Positions 25,521 through 39,157 of a stretch of DNA of 64,000 nucleotides are shown in pieces. The DNA is from Octopus sinensis (taxonomy: Eukaryota). Within the stretch, counting starts at the first letter, position 1; every line of letters starts with the position of its first letter. The stretch covers positions 7,750,001-7,814,000 of the forward strand of contig NC_043018.1 of the NCBI RefSeq assembly GCF_006345805.1, given 5' to 3'. The translations under genes and the position numbers were made by a program. The notes beneath the pieces were generated by a model, which saw only the letters and a list, made by a program, of their open reading frames with translations, was not told the DNA's origin and did not search any database.

Positions 25521-25556
25521 GTTTCTGATGAAGAGCTCCACTCGAAACGTTAAATC
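25521..25556 (+). ncRNA. Minimal type I hammerhead motif
   Basis: GTTT-CTGATGA-A-GAG-CTCCA-CTC-GAAA-CGTT-AAAT; palindromic AACGTT stem III. Confidence 0.65.
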
Positions 25557-25654
25557 CTCCTTCTTTCTTTCCTTTCCTGAGCGTCCAATAACACTATACT
25601 TGTTCCACATCCTCACGTTGTTGTGTTTTCATGTTTAGATTAACTATATATATA

Positions 25655-25693
<39 letters not shown>

Positions 25694-26393
25694 TATATAT
25701 ATATATATATATATATACAGTGGCCAGATCAGAATGGGCCTGGTGCAGCCTTCTGGCTCCCCAGACCCCAGTTGAACCATCCAACCCATGCTAGCATGGG
25801 AAGAGGACGCTAAACGATGATGATGATATATATATATATATACATACATCTGTGATATGACAGTTTTATATATTCAAACGTGTGTGTGTGCGCATGCACG
25901 CACACACACATGCACATAATCAAATATACAAAAACATGAACCCACTCACACACAAGGCCCATAATAGATACTAAACACACAAATATCCACATGTACATAA
26001 ACAAACACACACACACACATAAGTTTATACATACGCACAAATGTCAGAGCAGGTGTTTTCTATGGTCGGCTGATCACCTACAACAGCAGCACTCAACTGT
26101 GACAGACAAATACTAAGTGATTGGTTGGGTTACCAAGATCAGTAGACTGATGTACCAATATGGCCAACAGACTATTGAAGTAACACAATGCCTGTCACAT
26201 AATTTGAACCTATTGCCAAAGGTTTTGAATTGAAGAAAACAAATTGACAAACATTTTTTTTGGGGGGGGGGGGGGAGAAAGCAATTTTGAAATGGTTATA
26301 TAGGAATATCTTGGAAACCAATTGATTTCGAAAGCATCACGAAAGGTTTCTGTTATCATTTGGCCAGTGAAACGCTTTGAAAATTATAAGAGA

Positions 26394-26754
26394 CTAGCAC
26401 TATGACCCGGTGTTGCCGGGTCATAGTGCTAGTGCATGCATATACAGCTGCGTGTGTGCACACATACATGCGAGTACTGTCCAAATCTCCAACCAATCAC
26501 ATACAGCTAGCTGGCATTCAATTGGCATATCAAGTTTCAGGCATTTTGATTGGGTTTTGGATAGAAAATTCACAAAAAAGTCACTTATATTGATTTTTTT
26601 AATGGCTTTGTGGGGTGACTGGGGAAATGTAAAGATGTGCACGACCACCCTTGGATGGTTTTGAATGACCATAGAAAGTGCGAGCCCTCTAACTGAAAAA
26701 TTGTGGATTTGTATAAAGGACACACACACAGACATTTTGCTGTTTATATATATA
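26394..26754 (-). mobile_element. Non-autonomous Helitron (~365 bp family)
   Basis: Perfect 18-bp-arm terminal hairpin at 26393-26433; body matches 10299-10662. Confidence 0.85.
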
Positions 26755-27599
26755 CTAGCAGAATTGCCCGGCATTGCTCGGGGCTGAATTGCTTGAAAGT
26801 ACTGTTAATGATTGCACTGAATTATGATGATTATTCAGGCAAATATTGATATAAGCTTACGGTGGGAGATAAGGACTTAACGATCAAACGTGTGCCATTG
26901 CATTGTTTTGGGGGAACCAAATTTCTGATGAGCATTATAGGGGCACCAACTTTAAGTTTGAGAAAGTGTGGTGGTAGTCCAGGGTGCTCAAAGGAATTGA
27001 GTACCTCTATTGGATAGTTGATGACGTCCTCTAGGTCAGGAGTTGTATCGATAGACTGATATACATAGACTTCCCCAGGAATGAGTTTTAGCATTTCATC
27101 ATTAATATGGTGAACAGTTTTATTCCTCGGGGCCAGTATAGCCTTTTTGCCAATCCAATCCATATTCTGATAATTAGCTTGTAGATCTGGGAACACTGCA
27201 TCTCTGAGATCAGGAGGCGTCTTAACAATGGTACAAATGGAATCGATGGCAATATTACCATTTTCATACCCTGGTATTTTGCCTTTGCCAAGTGCAAGGA
27301 GGGTGTGAGGAAATGCTGCTGATGTGATATTACGTCGCATATGAGCACGCATATTGGTGTGAAGTGTGAGTGTTACTTCCCTTTATTTAAAAAAATATGC
27401 ATTAAAATGGAAAAAAATGATGGTAAATTATTTGTAAAATCATAGACTCATCGTAGACGCGCGCTAATACCCAGAAGGGCTCGATATGAATCACGACTAT
27501 AAGATACCCGGTTTTGGTTAAACTGCATCGCAAAATGTGGAGTAGTTAGGAATCTAAATCGGAGTAGACAGACACACAACCTTTCTTTTATATATAAAT
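26755..27599 (-). mobile_element. Helitron deletion derivative with PIF1-like helicase fragment
   Basis: ORF 27352-26831 is nearly identical to ORF 5-370 over their shared region; CTAG terminus at 26755-26758; TATATAAAAG-type 5' end near 27599. Confidence 0.9.
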
Positions 27600-27602
27600 A
27601 TT

Positions 27603-27945
27603 TTCGTCCTAAAAAACTTTGTATGGATTGAATGGTTACCTCTATGGAAATATATACACGCACATTATACATACATGTGTGTATAGATGAATATATAAAT
27701 ACATTTAAATATCTATATACACTTTTGGGCGATCTTTCTGCTACTTGTATATACTTTAGATCTTATATTCGTCCTAAAAAACTTTGTATGGAGTGAAAGG
27801 TTACCTCTATGGAAATATATACACACACATTACACATACATCTGTGTATAGATAAATATATAAATACATTTAAATATCTATATACACTTTTGGGCGATCT
27901 TTCTGCTACTTGGATATAGGTCTTATATTCGCCCTAAAAAAACTT
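27603..27945. repeat. Tandem duplication, ~165-bp unit x ~2.1
   Basis: TTCGTCCTAAAAAACTTTGTATGGA...TTTTGGGCGATCTTTCTGCTACTTG repeated. Confidence 0.9.
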
Positions 27946-28794
27946 TCCTGTCACACACTCACGCACACGCACACACACACACACACACGTTAGCTTACAA
28001 TTTTATTTATATATTTGCGTGTCTATGTGTGTAAAGAGGAAGTGGCAGAGTGAAAGAGTCACTCACTACAAAAAGTGAATTACTTTCACTTTATTCGTTG
28101 CACACTGTGTGTGTGCGTGTGGTGTAGGCCACACTAAGAGAAGCATTTGACACCACAATGTGAGTTTTCTCTAAATTTTGCTTAATTGGGGTTGAAATTT
28201 TAAAAACTGGACCTGGCACGACCCGATGCATTCTACTCTTAAAAATGCTAGGTAAATTGTAATTGAAGAAATCCTATATTGTAGATTTCTATAAGATACA
28301 AAGGGAGGCAGATAAAATCTGCCTTTTATAATAAGAGATAGAGATAAAGTCCCAGGCAAAGATCATACAACAATGGAAATATTAAAGAGTGGAAGAGTGC
28401 AGCAAGGCAGACTACACCTCCTCATAGTACCTATCTACACAAGGTGGACTGCACTTCTAATTTTAACTAAGCCCCTTAGATTTCTTACTACAAATTATGT
28501 TATATTTTATTTTATTACATTCAAATATTTAACAGTAATTAATCAATTACAATCTTATCCATGAGACTTCTATACAATTTACCTAGTAAAAATAATTTGT
28601 ATATAATATATACAGGCACAGGCGTGGCAGAGTGGTAAGAAGCTTGCTTCTAAATCACATGGTCCCAGGTTCAGTCCCATTGCATGGAACTTTGGGCAGG
28701 TGTCTTGTGAGTGGATTTGGTTGACAGAAACTGAAATAAGCCTGTCACATATATATATACACACACACAAGAGTTACGCGATAGAGTAGATAAG

Positions 28795-28886
28795 ATTGGG
28801 CTACATATGTTTCATAGCGAACAGAACCTGAAAAGTGGTAAATATCCAAGTGAGCTTCATACTACTGGCTACTCTTCAGGTCAAAG
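28795..28886 (-). ncRNA. Type I hammerhead motif with long stem II
   Basis: Minus strand: TTTGAC-CTGAAGA-GTAGC...GCTAT-GAAA-C-ATAT-GTA-GCCCAA; palindromic ACATATGT stem III; stem I partly decayed. Confidence 0.6.
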
Positions 28887-29479
28887 ATATCTTGATTAAA
28901 TGAAAATTTACATTGTCACAAGGGGGCACATATTAACATGGGGAAGATTCAATACATGTATATGTATCAATGTATGTATCTTCATGTCTGTGTTTGTCCC
29001 CCTTCCCCCTGCCACCATTACCACTTGACAATGGGTGTTGGTGTGTTTACATCCTGTTAATTCCCCCCTATTTTCATCTCTTTTTTGTAAAGAATCCAAA
29101 CTTTATTGGTGCAACCTGGTTGCACCAGGTGCACAATAACCCCTCATTGTACCTACCTATCTGCACTAAAAGGTTTGTATGTCCTTACTGTATCTATTCA
29201 CACCAGGTGAACTGTATCTCACAAAGCCCCTACAGTAGCTGGCTATAGTACCTCACAGCACCTAGTTACAGCTGGTGGACTATATTTCTTCTTCAGTTTA
29301 TCTGGTCTGCAGCTAGGTGAAGTGAGTGCAGTAGCAAACCCTCCATGGTTCCTATTTGCAGCTAGGTGGAGTGGGCTATTAAAAGACATTTTTTTGGCAC
29401 AGAGTCAGCAGTTGGTGACAGAATATAAATTATTTTCCAGGTAGTTTAGAGATCAACTACCTTGCAAACTACAGAACAG

Positions 29480-29920
29480 ATGGAGAAAGAGAGAGAGAGA
29501 GAGAGAGAGACTGAAGAAAAGAGGGAGAAATGAGGAGAGAGAGAGAGAGAGAAAGAAGAAAGATAGAAAGAAAAGAGAGGGAAAGAGAGAAAGAAAAAAG
29601 GAAAGAGAGAAAGAAAAGAAGGAAAGAGAAAGAAAAAAGAAGGAAAGAGAGAAAGAAAAAACAGGGAAAAAGAGAAAGAAAAAAGAGGGAAAAAGAGAAA
29701 GAAAAAAGAGAAAGAGGAAGAAAAAGGGAAAGAGAGAATGAAAAAGGGAGAAGGAAAAAGAGGGAAAGAGGGAAGAAAAAAGAGGGAAAGGGGGAAGAAA
29801 AAAGAGGGAAAGGGGGAAGAAAAAAGAGGGAAAGATAAGAAAAACGGAGAAAAGAGAAGAAAAAGAGGGAAAGGATAGAAAGAGATAAAGAGGGAAAGAG
29901 AGAAAGAAAAGAGAAAAAGA
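29480..29920. repeat. Purine-rich (AG/AAAG/GGGA) low-complexity tract
   Basis: About 440 bp of nearly pure A/G; a long intronic polypyrimidine tract on the minus strand. Confidence 0.95.
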
Positions 29921-30010
29921 GTCAGATCAAATCGAGATGAATTCTGAGCTGCAAGTGAGAGTGTTGATCAGCTTGGAGGAGGAGGAGGATGAGAAAATGT
30001 GTGAACTTAC

Positions 30011-30235
30011 CTATACAAACATCGATTTTGCCTTTGATAGCTGCTTCATGTAGGGGAGTGTAATTCCAGTTATCACGAGCATTGGCATCTGCCTGTTGGC
30101 GCAGCAGGAGCTTCACTACTTCCGCATGACCAAAGGAGCAGGCATTATGCAATGGAATCAGACCCCCTTCGTCACGCGCATGGACATTTGAATTGAATTC
30201 GAGAAGGTATTCCACAACATCCTTCCGACCAAACC
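30011..30235 (-). CDS. TNKS: Tankyrase (PARP5) internal coding exon, ankyrin repeat cluster 1
   Basis: Encodes (G)[74 protein letters not shown](V). Acceptor TTTTACTCTTCAG and donor GTAAGT; 225 bp; phase 1 at both ends. Confidence 0.97.
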
Positions 30236-30331
30236 CTGAAGAGTAAAAACAAAAGAGAAAAAAAAAAACAGGTAAGTCTTCAATTAATGACATCAAATAA
30301 TTAATTAAATGTTTGAAGAGAATAGTTAATA

Positions 30332-30503
30332 GGCGCAGGAGTGGCTGTGTGGTAAGTAGCTTGTTTACCAACCACATGGTTCCGGATCCAGTCCCACTGT
30401 GTGGCACCTTGGGCAAGTGTCTTCTACTATATAGCCTCGGGCCGACCAAAGCCTTGTGAGTGGATTTGGTAAACGGAAACTGAAAGAAGCCGTCGTATAT
30501 AAG

Positions 30504-30550
<47 letters not shown>

Positions 30551-30762
30551 ATATATATATGAGTGTGTGTGTTTGTCCCCCTAGCATTGCTTGACAACCA
30601 ATGCTGGTATGTTTATGTCCCCGTCACTTAGCGGTTCGGCAAAAGAGACCGATAGAATAAGTACTGGGCTTACAAAAGAATAAGTCCCGGTGTCGAGTTG
30701 CTTGATTAAAAGGCGGTGCTCCAGCATGGCCGCAGTCAAATGACTGAAACAAGTAAAAGAGT
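30332..30762 (+). mobile_element. SINE family A, full length
   Basis: Young copy about 95 bp from the tankyrase acceptor, antisense to the gene. Confidence 0.85.
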
Positions 30763-31234
30763 ATGTATATACGATCCTTTTTGTTGTTGCTTGAATGTTG
30801 GTATAAAGTGAAAACGGAAAAAAAAAAACTCTTTAGTAACCATGACAGTTTCAGGTTTTCTGCGACCTTTTAAGTGTAGAGCAGTTGGAGAGCCAGAAAG
30901 AGAGAGAGTCTTAGATGCATGGGTGCAAACAAACAGACACACACACACACATGCACACAGAAGGAAGATACGGAATATTAGGCTCAGGAAAGAGTGAATG
31001 AACAGAGAGGTTGATAGCATAAGCAATTACTGTTTGACGAAAGAAGACAAAATTGAAGTTACATCAGAATGGGTGGGGTGGGGTTGATGGGGGGGGCTCA
31101 TTATTACAATGAAACTCAAAATAGGTTGGAACTTGGTATGTAAAAATTGAATAGGTAAGGTCCAGAGACGTGCGTGTGTGTGTGTATGCATTTGCACCTC
31201 TGCATGCCTCTGTGTGTGCAGTGTCTGTGTGTGC

Positions 31235-31316
<82 letters not shown>

Positions 31317-32005
31317 CGTGTCTGTGTGTGTGTGTGTGTGCCGTGTCTGTGTGTGTGTCCACCCCCATGTGTGTGTCCATGTCCATCTGTATCCATGACT
31401 GTGTGTGAGACTGTGTGCATGTGTGTGACTGTGTTTGTGAGTGTAGATACAAGTGTATTGTATGCATTTGTCTATGTGAATGAGTGTTTGTGGATGTGTG
31501 TATGTGTGTGTATCTCTAAGTACATGTTTGAGTATCTAAACATGTGCTGGGGTCCTTTCCTACATGTTTGTGTAGTACATGCACACAAACTACAGCAATC
31601 AAACACACACACACACACAATTGTAACGAAATGTTTTAGTAAATTATTGGTTCAAAAAAGCCGGCCATCAAATGGCTGATGATTTGTTGCGGAGCATTTG
31701 TTCACTAGGAGTACAAAAGGTTAAAAGGTCAGTGCAAATATCGTGTATGCAACTGTTGGAACTTTGACCCACATGACATTCATCATCATCATCATCATTT
31801 AAAGTCCGTTTTCCATGCTGGAATGGGTTAAATGGTTTTGACAGGAGCAAGCAAGCTAGAGTGCTGCACCAGGCTGCAATGCTGGATCCCCTTTCTAACA
31901 CCAGCATAGATGGTTTTAAGTGACACCAAAATAAAAAATGTGAAAATACTAGCTGGCCCAATGCCATCAAAAATGATGGCTAATTGTAGTATTTTATATA
32001 ATAGA

Positions 32006-32391
32006 CTAGCACTATGACCCGGCAAAGCCGGGACACAGTGCTAGTGCATGCATATACAGCTGTGTGTGTGTGCGCACATACATGCGAGTACTGTCCAAAT
32101 CTCCGACCAATCACATACAGCTAGCTGGCATTCAATTGGCGTATCAAGTTTCGAGCATTTTGATAGGGTTTTGGATAGAAAATTCACAAAAAACTAACTT
32201 CTATTGATTTTTTAATGGCTTTGCAGGGTGACTGGGGAAATGTAAAGATGTGCACGACCACCCTTGGACGGTTTTGAATGACCATAGAAAGTGCGAGCCC
32301 TCTAACTGAAACATTGTGGATTTGTATAAAGGACACACACACACACGCACACACAGACAGACATTTTGCCGTTTATATATATAGAGAGAGA
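32006..32391 (-). mobile_element. Non-autonomous Helitron (~365 bp family)
   Basis: TC 5' end, terminal hairpin and CTAG end as in the other copies. Confidence 0.85.
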
Positions 32392-32756
32392 TATGGATGG
32401 TAAATCAAATTAATACACTTGTCAATGTTATCTATTGGTTGTCTTTTGAGATGTGACATCAATCATCGTTTTTTCCTTCTTTATTCATCTATCACCCCCT
32501 CCTTTTTCATTCATATGTTGTGACGGAGAAAAACACAAGAGCATTATTACAGTAGATGTTATGAAATAAAAAATATTTGAACCGCTCTCCTCAGGTAGGA
32601 AACTTCCAAACATGTGAATGGACAGGTAAGAATGATAATCTCAACCCTTTAGCATTCAGATTTCCCTGTCACAAGTAATGCTTAATGATTCACACTGATA
32701 GGGATTAGTCATATATTACCTTGAAGTTTTGAGGTTTCAATGATGTGATTATTTAT

Positions 32757-33171
32757 TTTACTCTTTACTCTTTTTACTCTTGTACTTGTTTCAGTCATTT
32801 GACTGTGGCCATGCTGGAGCACCGCCTTTTGTCGAGCAAATCGACCCCAGGACTTATTCTTTGGAAGCCTAGTACTTATTCTATCGGTCTCTTTTGCCGA
32901 ACCGCTAAGTTACGGGGACGTAAACACACCAGCATCGGTTGTCAAGCGATGTTGGGTGGGGACAAACACAGACACACAAACACACACATATATATATATA
33001 CATATATACGACGGGCTTCTTTCAGTTTCCGTCTACCAAATCCACTCACAAGGTTTTGGTCGGCCCGAGGCTATAGTAGAAGACACTTGCCCAAGGTGCC
33101 ACGCAGTGGGACTGAACCCAGAACCATGTGGTTCGTAAGCAAGCTACTTACCACACAACCACTCCTACGCT
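32757..33171 (-). mobile_element. SINE family A, full length
   Basis: Flanked by TTATTTT on both sides. Confidence 0.85.
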
Positions 33172-34287
33172 TATTTTGAGAATAATATTGTGAAATCTCA
33201 AATCTGGCCCAGTTGAAAGATGATACAAGTAGATTATTTTGGCCAGATATGGCTGGTTTAAATGCTAAGGGCTAAATGTTTATGTATACAATACATACAA
33301 CACACATACCTGATGAGCTTTTGTCAGTTTTCATCTAGCAAATCCATTCCACTCACAAGGCTTTGGTCAGCCTGGGGCCATGCTTGTCTAGGGAGCCATG
33401 CAGTAGAACTGAACTTGAAACCATGTGTTCAGGAAGCCAACTTCATAACTACACAGCCATAGATACCCCTGTATATTCATATTGTACCTGGCGTAACAGA
33501 GTTGTGTAGTTGGCAGCCTTCAAATTAACAGTGAAATCAACTCTGCCAAGTATTAAATAATTGCTGTCTTGTTGAGACACCCTTAATATACGTGGTGTGT
33601 GTGTGTGTGTATAGGTGTGTAAATAAGCCTAGAAGAATTGATTGACTTCAAAATTTTCTCCAAAACTAAAAGAACCAATAAGGGAAGCTGAGAAATTATT
33701 TATTAAAAATATCAACCTTGGGCATCCCAGCTGTAGAAACTCTGCCAGATCAGATTGGAGCATGGTGCAGCCATCTGGTTCGCCAGACCTCAGTCAAATC
33801 GTCCAACCCATGCTAGTATGGAAAGCGGATGTTAAACGATGATGATGATGAAGTAGAGTTGTTTTCAAAATAACACATGGAAAAGATTAGCTGTTCCTCA
33901 TTTTGTATGCATGTGTGTGTAGTGTGTATGTACCTACACACATTTTTTTCCCACATTCTCGAGTCATGCCAACTCATAAGTGCTGGTTTCCCGGTTTCCA
34001 TGGCACATATATTTCCCCACCTGGACAGGATGCCGGTCCAACACAGGAGGACTCATTTTTACCAGCTGAGTAAAAACTGGAGAAACATAAAATGAAATGC
34101 TTTGCTCAAGAAACCACACTCTTACAATCAGGGGTCCAACACCCTAACCACCAAACCACACACTCCCACACACAGAGCTACAATACTGACTTCTCAGACA
34201 CTGCTCCTCCAAAACCTCTCATAATCCATATTAATTTATGAGCAGGAACTTCAAATCCTCATAGCAACCAGACTAGTTTACTGGTGC

Positions 34288-34432
34288 CTTGCACAGACAA
34301 GTACCTTGCACAGACAAGTACCTTGCACAGACAAGTACCTTGCACAGACAAGTACCTTGCACAGACAAGTACCTTGCACAGACAAGTACCTTGCACAGAC
34401 AAGTACCTTGCACAGACAAGTACCTTGCACAG
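34288..34432. repeat. 17-bp minisatellite x ~8
   Basis: (GCACAGACAAGTACCTT)n, essentially perfect. Confidence 0.95.
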
Positions 34433-34463
34433 TGTAATATTAATAAACTTGTATCATTTATAT

Positions 34464-34682
34464 CAGTGCTTTTCAAACTTTTTGCTGGAGCGGAACCCCA
34501 AGGAAACATTCCACTGGCTCGAGGAACCCCTGTGCAATAATTTAATAGTCTTATGCACACATATCTGCACAGGAGAATTAAAAATTACTGCCGATTTTGG
34601 CAGTTTTGTAACTTCTTGCGAAACCCCTGGACTGTACTGGCGGAACCCTAAGGTTCCACGGAACCCTGGTTGAAAACCACTG
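34464..34682. mobile_element. hAT (Charlie-like) MITE
   Basis: CAGTGCTTTCAAAC / GTTGAAAACCACTG termini; TSD ATTTATAT / ATTTATAC. Confidence 0.85.
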
Positions 34683-34886
34683 ATTTATACTAATGTGCAG
34701 GCACCTGGACTTCATTTAATGATTTAAGTAAATTTAATATTTGATTAATTTAGAGTGTGGCCACCCCTGGTTTGGAAAAGATCGGTATTCCGGAAAAGGC
34801 TTCAGAACCTAAGGTTATACCTGTGTGTGTGTGTTTGTTTGTGTATTTGTGTGTGTGTGTGTGTATTTGTGTGTTGTGTGTGTATA

Positions 34887-34933
<47 letters not shown>

Positions 34934-35212
34934 TGTGTGTGTGTGTGGTGTGTGTGTGTGATAACATGTCTGACAAAATGGGGTGTATCCATGTTTGCTT
35001 ATTGTTCTTTTCATTGATAGCTGTCCATGTTTATGGGGGAAAGACACTGCACAGATTGAACTCAAGACCTCACGACTGTGATCTGAACACCTTAACCATA
35101 CCCACCTATCTGCACTTTTATATTCACACACATTCCATCCTTGTTATTTATATATTTCCATTTCTCATATAACAGTTTGTGCTTTCCACCAAATATCTTT
35201 CTCACTTGATCT

Positions 35213-35275
<63 letters not shown>

Positions 35276-36704
35276 CCCTCTCTCCCTTTCACTATCTCTT
35301 CCTCCCTCCTTCTCTATCCCACTCCCTTTCATGTAACCTGCTGTTGCTACTACTACTAATACCATCCCTTCTTTTTCCTTTCTTCTCAAACTGACCAAAA
35401 CACACTTGAAACCCCCCACACCACACCACCACTACCAACCACACCACTACCATCATATGTGGCCGAAATTCTATTTCTGTATTTCCTCTCCACTGGGGTC
35501 TCAAAGTCAATGAAAGACTCCTTTATCATTAAGCCCAGTCTTTCTCTTTATCCACCACCACCACCACCACCACCACCATCCTTTGTCTTACATCACTCTT
35601 TCCTGTTCAGTGTCTTGAGATAGCATCTTATTGTCTTCTACACCACCACCAACACCACTCATTATATGCAACAGGAGCAGCATTAGATTAAAATAGACAT
35701 TTAATGTATCAGACTCTATGCATGTACTTAGCTGAAAGGCAAATTTACTGCAGTGTTTGTCCAGAGATAACATCTACGGATATGTGTGTGCACGTGCGTG
35801 TGTGGAGAGGAGGGGGGGAGGCAAATGAGGAATTTTTACTGCATTTTTGACTGAGACAATATATTTTTTACCTTGGGCATCTTCTACTATAGCCTGGGGC
35901 CGATCAAAGCCTTGTAAGTGGATTTCGTAGACGGAAACTGAAAGAAGCCCATCATATATGTGTGTGTTTCTGAAATTTGTGTTGCAACAACAAGGTTTTC
36001 AGTTATAATTACTCAAAGGTTATAATTTGCTATGAGAAATAGCTCAACTTATAGACCAAATTTTGCACTCTCCGTTTCCATCAGGCTCTGCCTTATATGC
36101 CCCCTCCCTCTTCTCTATATATTTACCACACTTCATTGCTCTTTCTATATGCATGCTGCCCCCCTCTTTCTCTTGATATGACATGCAATTACTTTCATTT
36201 TGTTTAAAACTCCATAGTTGTAATGGTTTTACTTTCATTTCGTGATAGATATCACACAGAAAACATGCTAGCTTCCTTACAGAGTTTCTACCTATGTCTT
36301 TTCTACATACTGAGTGGGACCATCAGTCTGAAGAGATTTGTGATTTGTCTGTTTTCCCACTTACTAAGACTTTGGTCTTTGCTAAATTAACTCTAAGGCC
36401 CTTTGACTCCAGACCTTACTTCCACACCTGAAATTCCTTCTCTAGTCCTGGTAGGAATTTAGCTATAAGAACAAAACCATCAACATAGAGTAGCTACCAA
36501 GGGCAGCCCATCTTAAATTCTTCTGTTACTGCCTGAAGGACTATGATGAACAAGAGGGAACTGAGAACTGATCCTTGGTGAACTCCTATCTGTACACCAA
36601 ATTTATTGCTATACTCATTGCCAACCTTCACTTTACTTGACAGCATCCCTGTACATGGCTTGTATGGCTCTCACCAACCATTCATCCATCATATCAGTAA
36701 GATA

Positions 36705-37097
36705 GGCGCAGGAGTGGCTGTGTAGTAAGTAGCTGCTTACCAACCACATGGTTCCGGGTTCAGTGGCACCTTGGGCAAGTGTCTTCTACTATAGCCTCAG
36801 GCCGACCAAAGCCTTGTGAGTGGATTTGGTAGGCAGAAACTGAAAGAAGCCCATCGCATATATGTATAAATATATGTGCATGTGTGTGTGTGTGTGTCTG
36901 TGTTTGTTCCCCCAGCATCGCTTGACAACTGATGCTGGTGTGTTTACGTCCCCATAATTGAGCAGTTCGGCAAAAGGGACTGATAGAATAAGTACTAGGC
37001 TTACAAAGAATAAGTCATGGGGTCGATTTGCTCGACTAAAGGCGGTGCTCCAGCATGGCCACAATCAAATGACTGAAACAAGTAAAAGAGTAAAGAG
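36705..37097 (+). mobile_element. SINE family A, full length
   Basis: Same structure as the other family A copies. Confidence 0.85.
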
Positions 37098-38089
37098 TTC
37101 AAGTTTTCAAGTTCTTTTCTTTTTTTTTTTTACAAAATCACTTCCAAATTTGATTATCTTTAAAATGAATGAAAACACAACCCGAGTATAGTTGTGGATT
37201 AAGCTTTAGACTTTAGGGGCTGCAGCCCTGAAGCTTCCATTAACTATAAAGTACCCAGAGATTAAATAAAATGTTATTGAAAATATCACAAGATTCCCTC
37301 TCAGTACTTGTAGCACAGAGGCCAACAAAATCTTAATCCATCTGTGGTGGCTGAATACTTCATTAGAAATCTGGCCACAAGAAAGGTTTAACCCTTTAGT
37401 GTTCGCATTATTCTACCAAAATTAATGCTTCTTCATCCACATTGTTTTGAACTAATCAGGCATTATCTTGTAGCTTTGAGATTTTGATGCGGTAGCTGTT
37501 AATTTTTAAATTGATATTGTAGGGTTGGTGTGAGAGACCAGATCTGGCCAGTTTGAACATAAAACAGGCAGAATACTTTTGGCCGGATATGGCCGGTTTA
37601 AAGCAGGCATAAACAAACATTTTTGAGGAGTGGGCCATATAAGATATGGTTCACCATAAGGCAGGCTGCACTACTAAAAAAAAAAAATTCAAGGTAATTT
37701 CAAAGTATATGTTATTTTCCTTGTGAAATTAAGCATGCCATTGAGAATGTCCCGTGGGACACAGTTCGCCCAGGACTGGATCATGGTCAGTTTTTCCAAA
37801 CTGGAACATACCCATGATACATAGCATACTTATATTAGTACTAGCAGCTGCTTTATAAGTGAATTATGCACTACTTACAGGTACTTGTGCTGAATTATGT
37901 GGTCTCAAGCTATTGAGAGTTAAGTGTTCTCTTGACAGTGTAGGCACAGTGCTGTTAACACAAACTACTAACAATCAACTACCCACTCCTTTACCAAAAC
38001 CTACCATCATCTTTAGCATGTTTACTGCCACATACCACTGGTGGTTCCATTGCAGATTTCACACAACTGCCCTATGCACCACTGGTGGT

Positions 38090-38489
38090 ACTCTTTACTC
38101 TTTTACTTGTTTCAGTCATTTGACTGCGGCCATGCTGGAGCACCGCCTTTAGTCGAATCAAATCGACCCCAGGACTTATTCTTTGTAAGCCTAGTACTTA
38201 TTCTATCGGTCTCTTTTGCCGAACCGCTAACTTACGGGGACCTAAACACACCAGCATTGGTTGTCAAGCGATGTTGGGAGGACAAACACAGATACACACA
38301 CGTATATATATATATATATACATATATACGACGGGCTTCTTTCAGTTTCCGTTTACCAAATCCACTCATAAGGTTTTGGTCGGCCCGAGGCTATAGTAGA
38401 AGACACTTGCCCAAGGTGCCACGCAGAGGGACTGAACCCGGAACCACGTGGTTCGTAAGCAAGCTACTTACCACACAGCCACTCCTGCG
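38090..38489 (-). mobile_element. SINE family A, full length
   Basis: Same structure as the other family A copies. Confidence 0.85.
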
Positions 38490-39157
38490 TACATTTTCAT
38501 AATTTGAGAAAATATTTTCTCCTGTATCTCTGACATGGTTTTCAAGGATATTTAGATAACAAGTGCTAAATATTCAAGTTTAATTATGAAATATTGTAAA
38601 AAGAAAAAAAAATCTTTTTAAAATTACATTTATTTGTAATTAAGCAGTATGTAAATAGTGTGTGGTGTGACCACACAAAACACATGGTGTGACCAGTTAG
38701 TTCCAGTAATAGACCAACCAAGGTGGTTAACGCATTAACAAGTAAACAACACAGCAAGTTGTTTGTTTTTCATTTCTTACTGAAAGAAATAAGATGTCAC
38801 TTAACAGCAACGATACCTGACCTGCTGAGAACAGTAGCCAAATTTCACTTATAACACACCCTATTGTCTATAAAAAAAAGGGGGGGGGGCATATTTTGTA
38901 ATGTAGTCCAAAATACACTGGGATGGTCATGACTGGACTGCTAAACAACAAATCAATGAGGGTAAATACACAGTCACTCAATTTGCCAGATTTTACACAT
39001 GAATATTATGGATTATTGTCTATAAAAAAACTGATTGATGTATTAAAAATATATAAATAAATAAATACAAATATGTATAAAAATATAAGTAAATATGTAT
39101 AAGTATATATATATAATGTATATAACAGTTTAAAAGTTTTTAATTAATTATTTAAAG

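Noticed and set aside
29530-29838. Lys/Arg/Glu-rich ORF
   Set aside because: It is a translation of the purine low-complexity tract.
29922-30587. 221-aa ORF as a complete gene
   Set aside because: Only 30011-30235 is coding; the rest is intron and SINE read-through.
34273-34673. Repetitive ORFs (CTDKYLAQ...) and a CRISPR-like appearance
   Set aside because: It is a 17-bp tandem minisatellite with no spacers, in a eukaryotic context.
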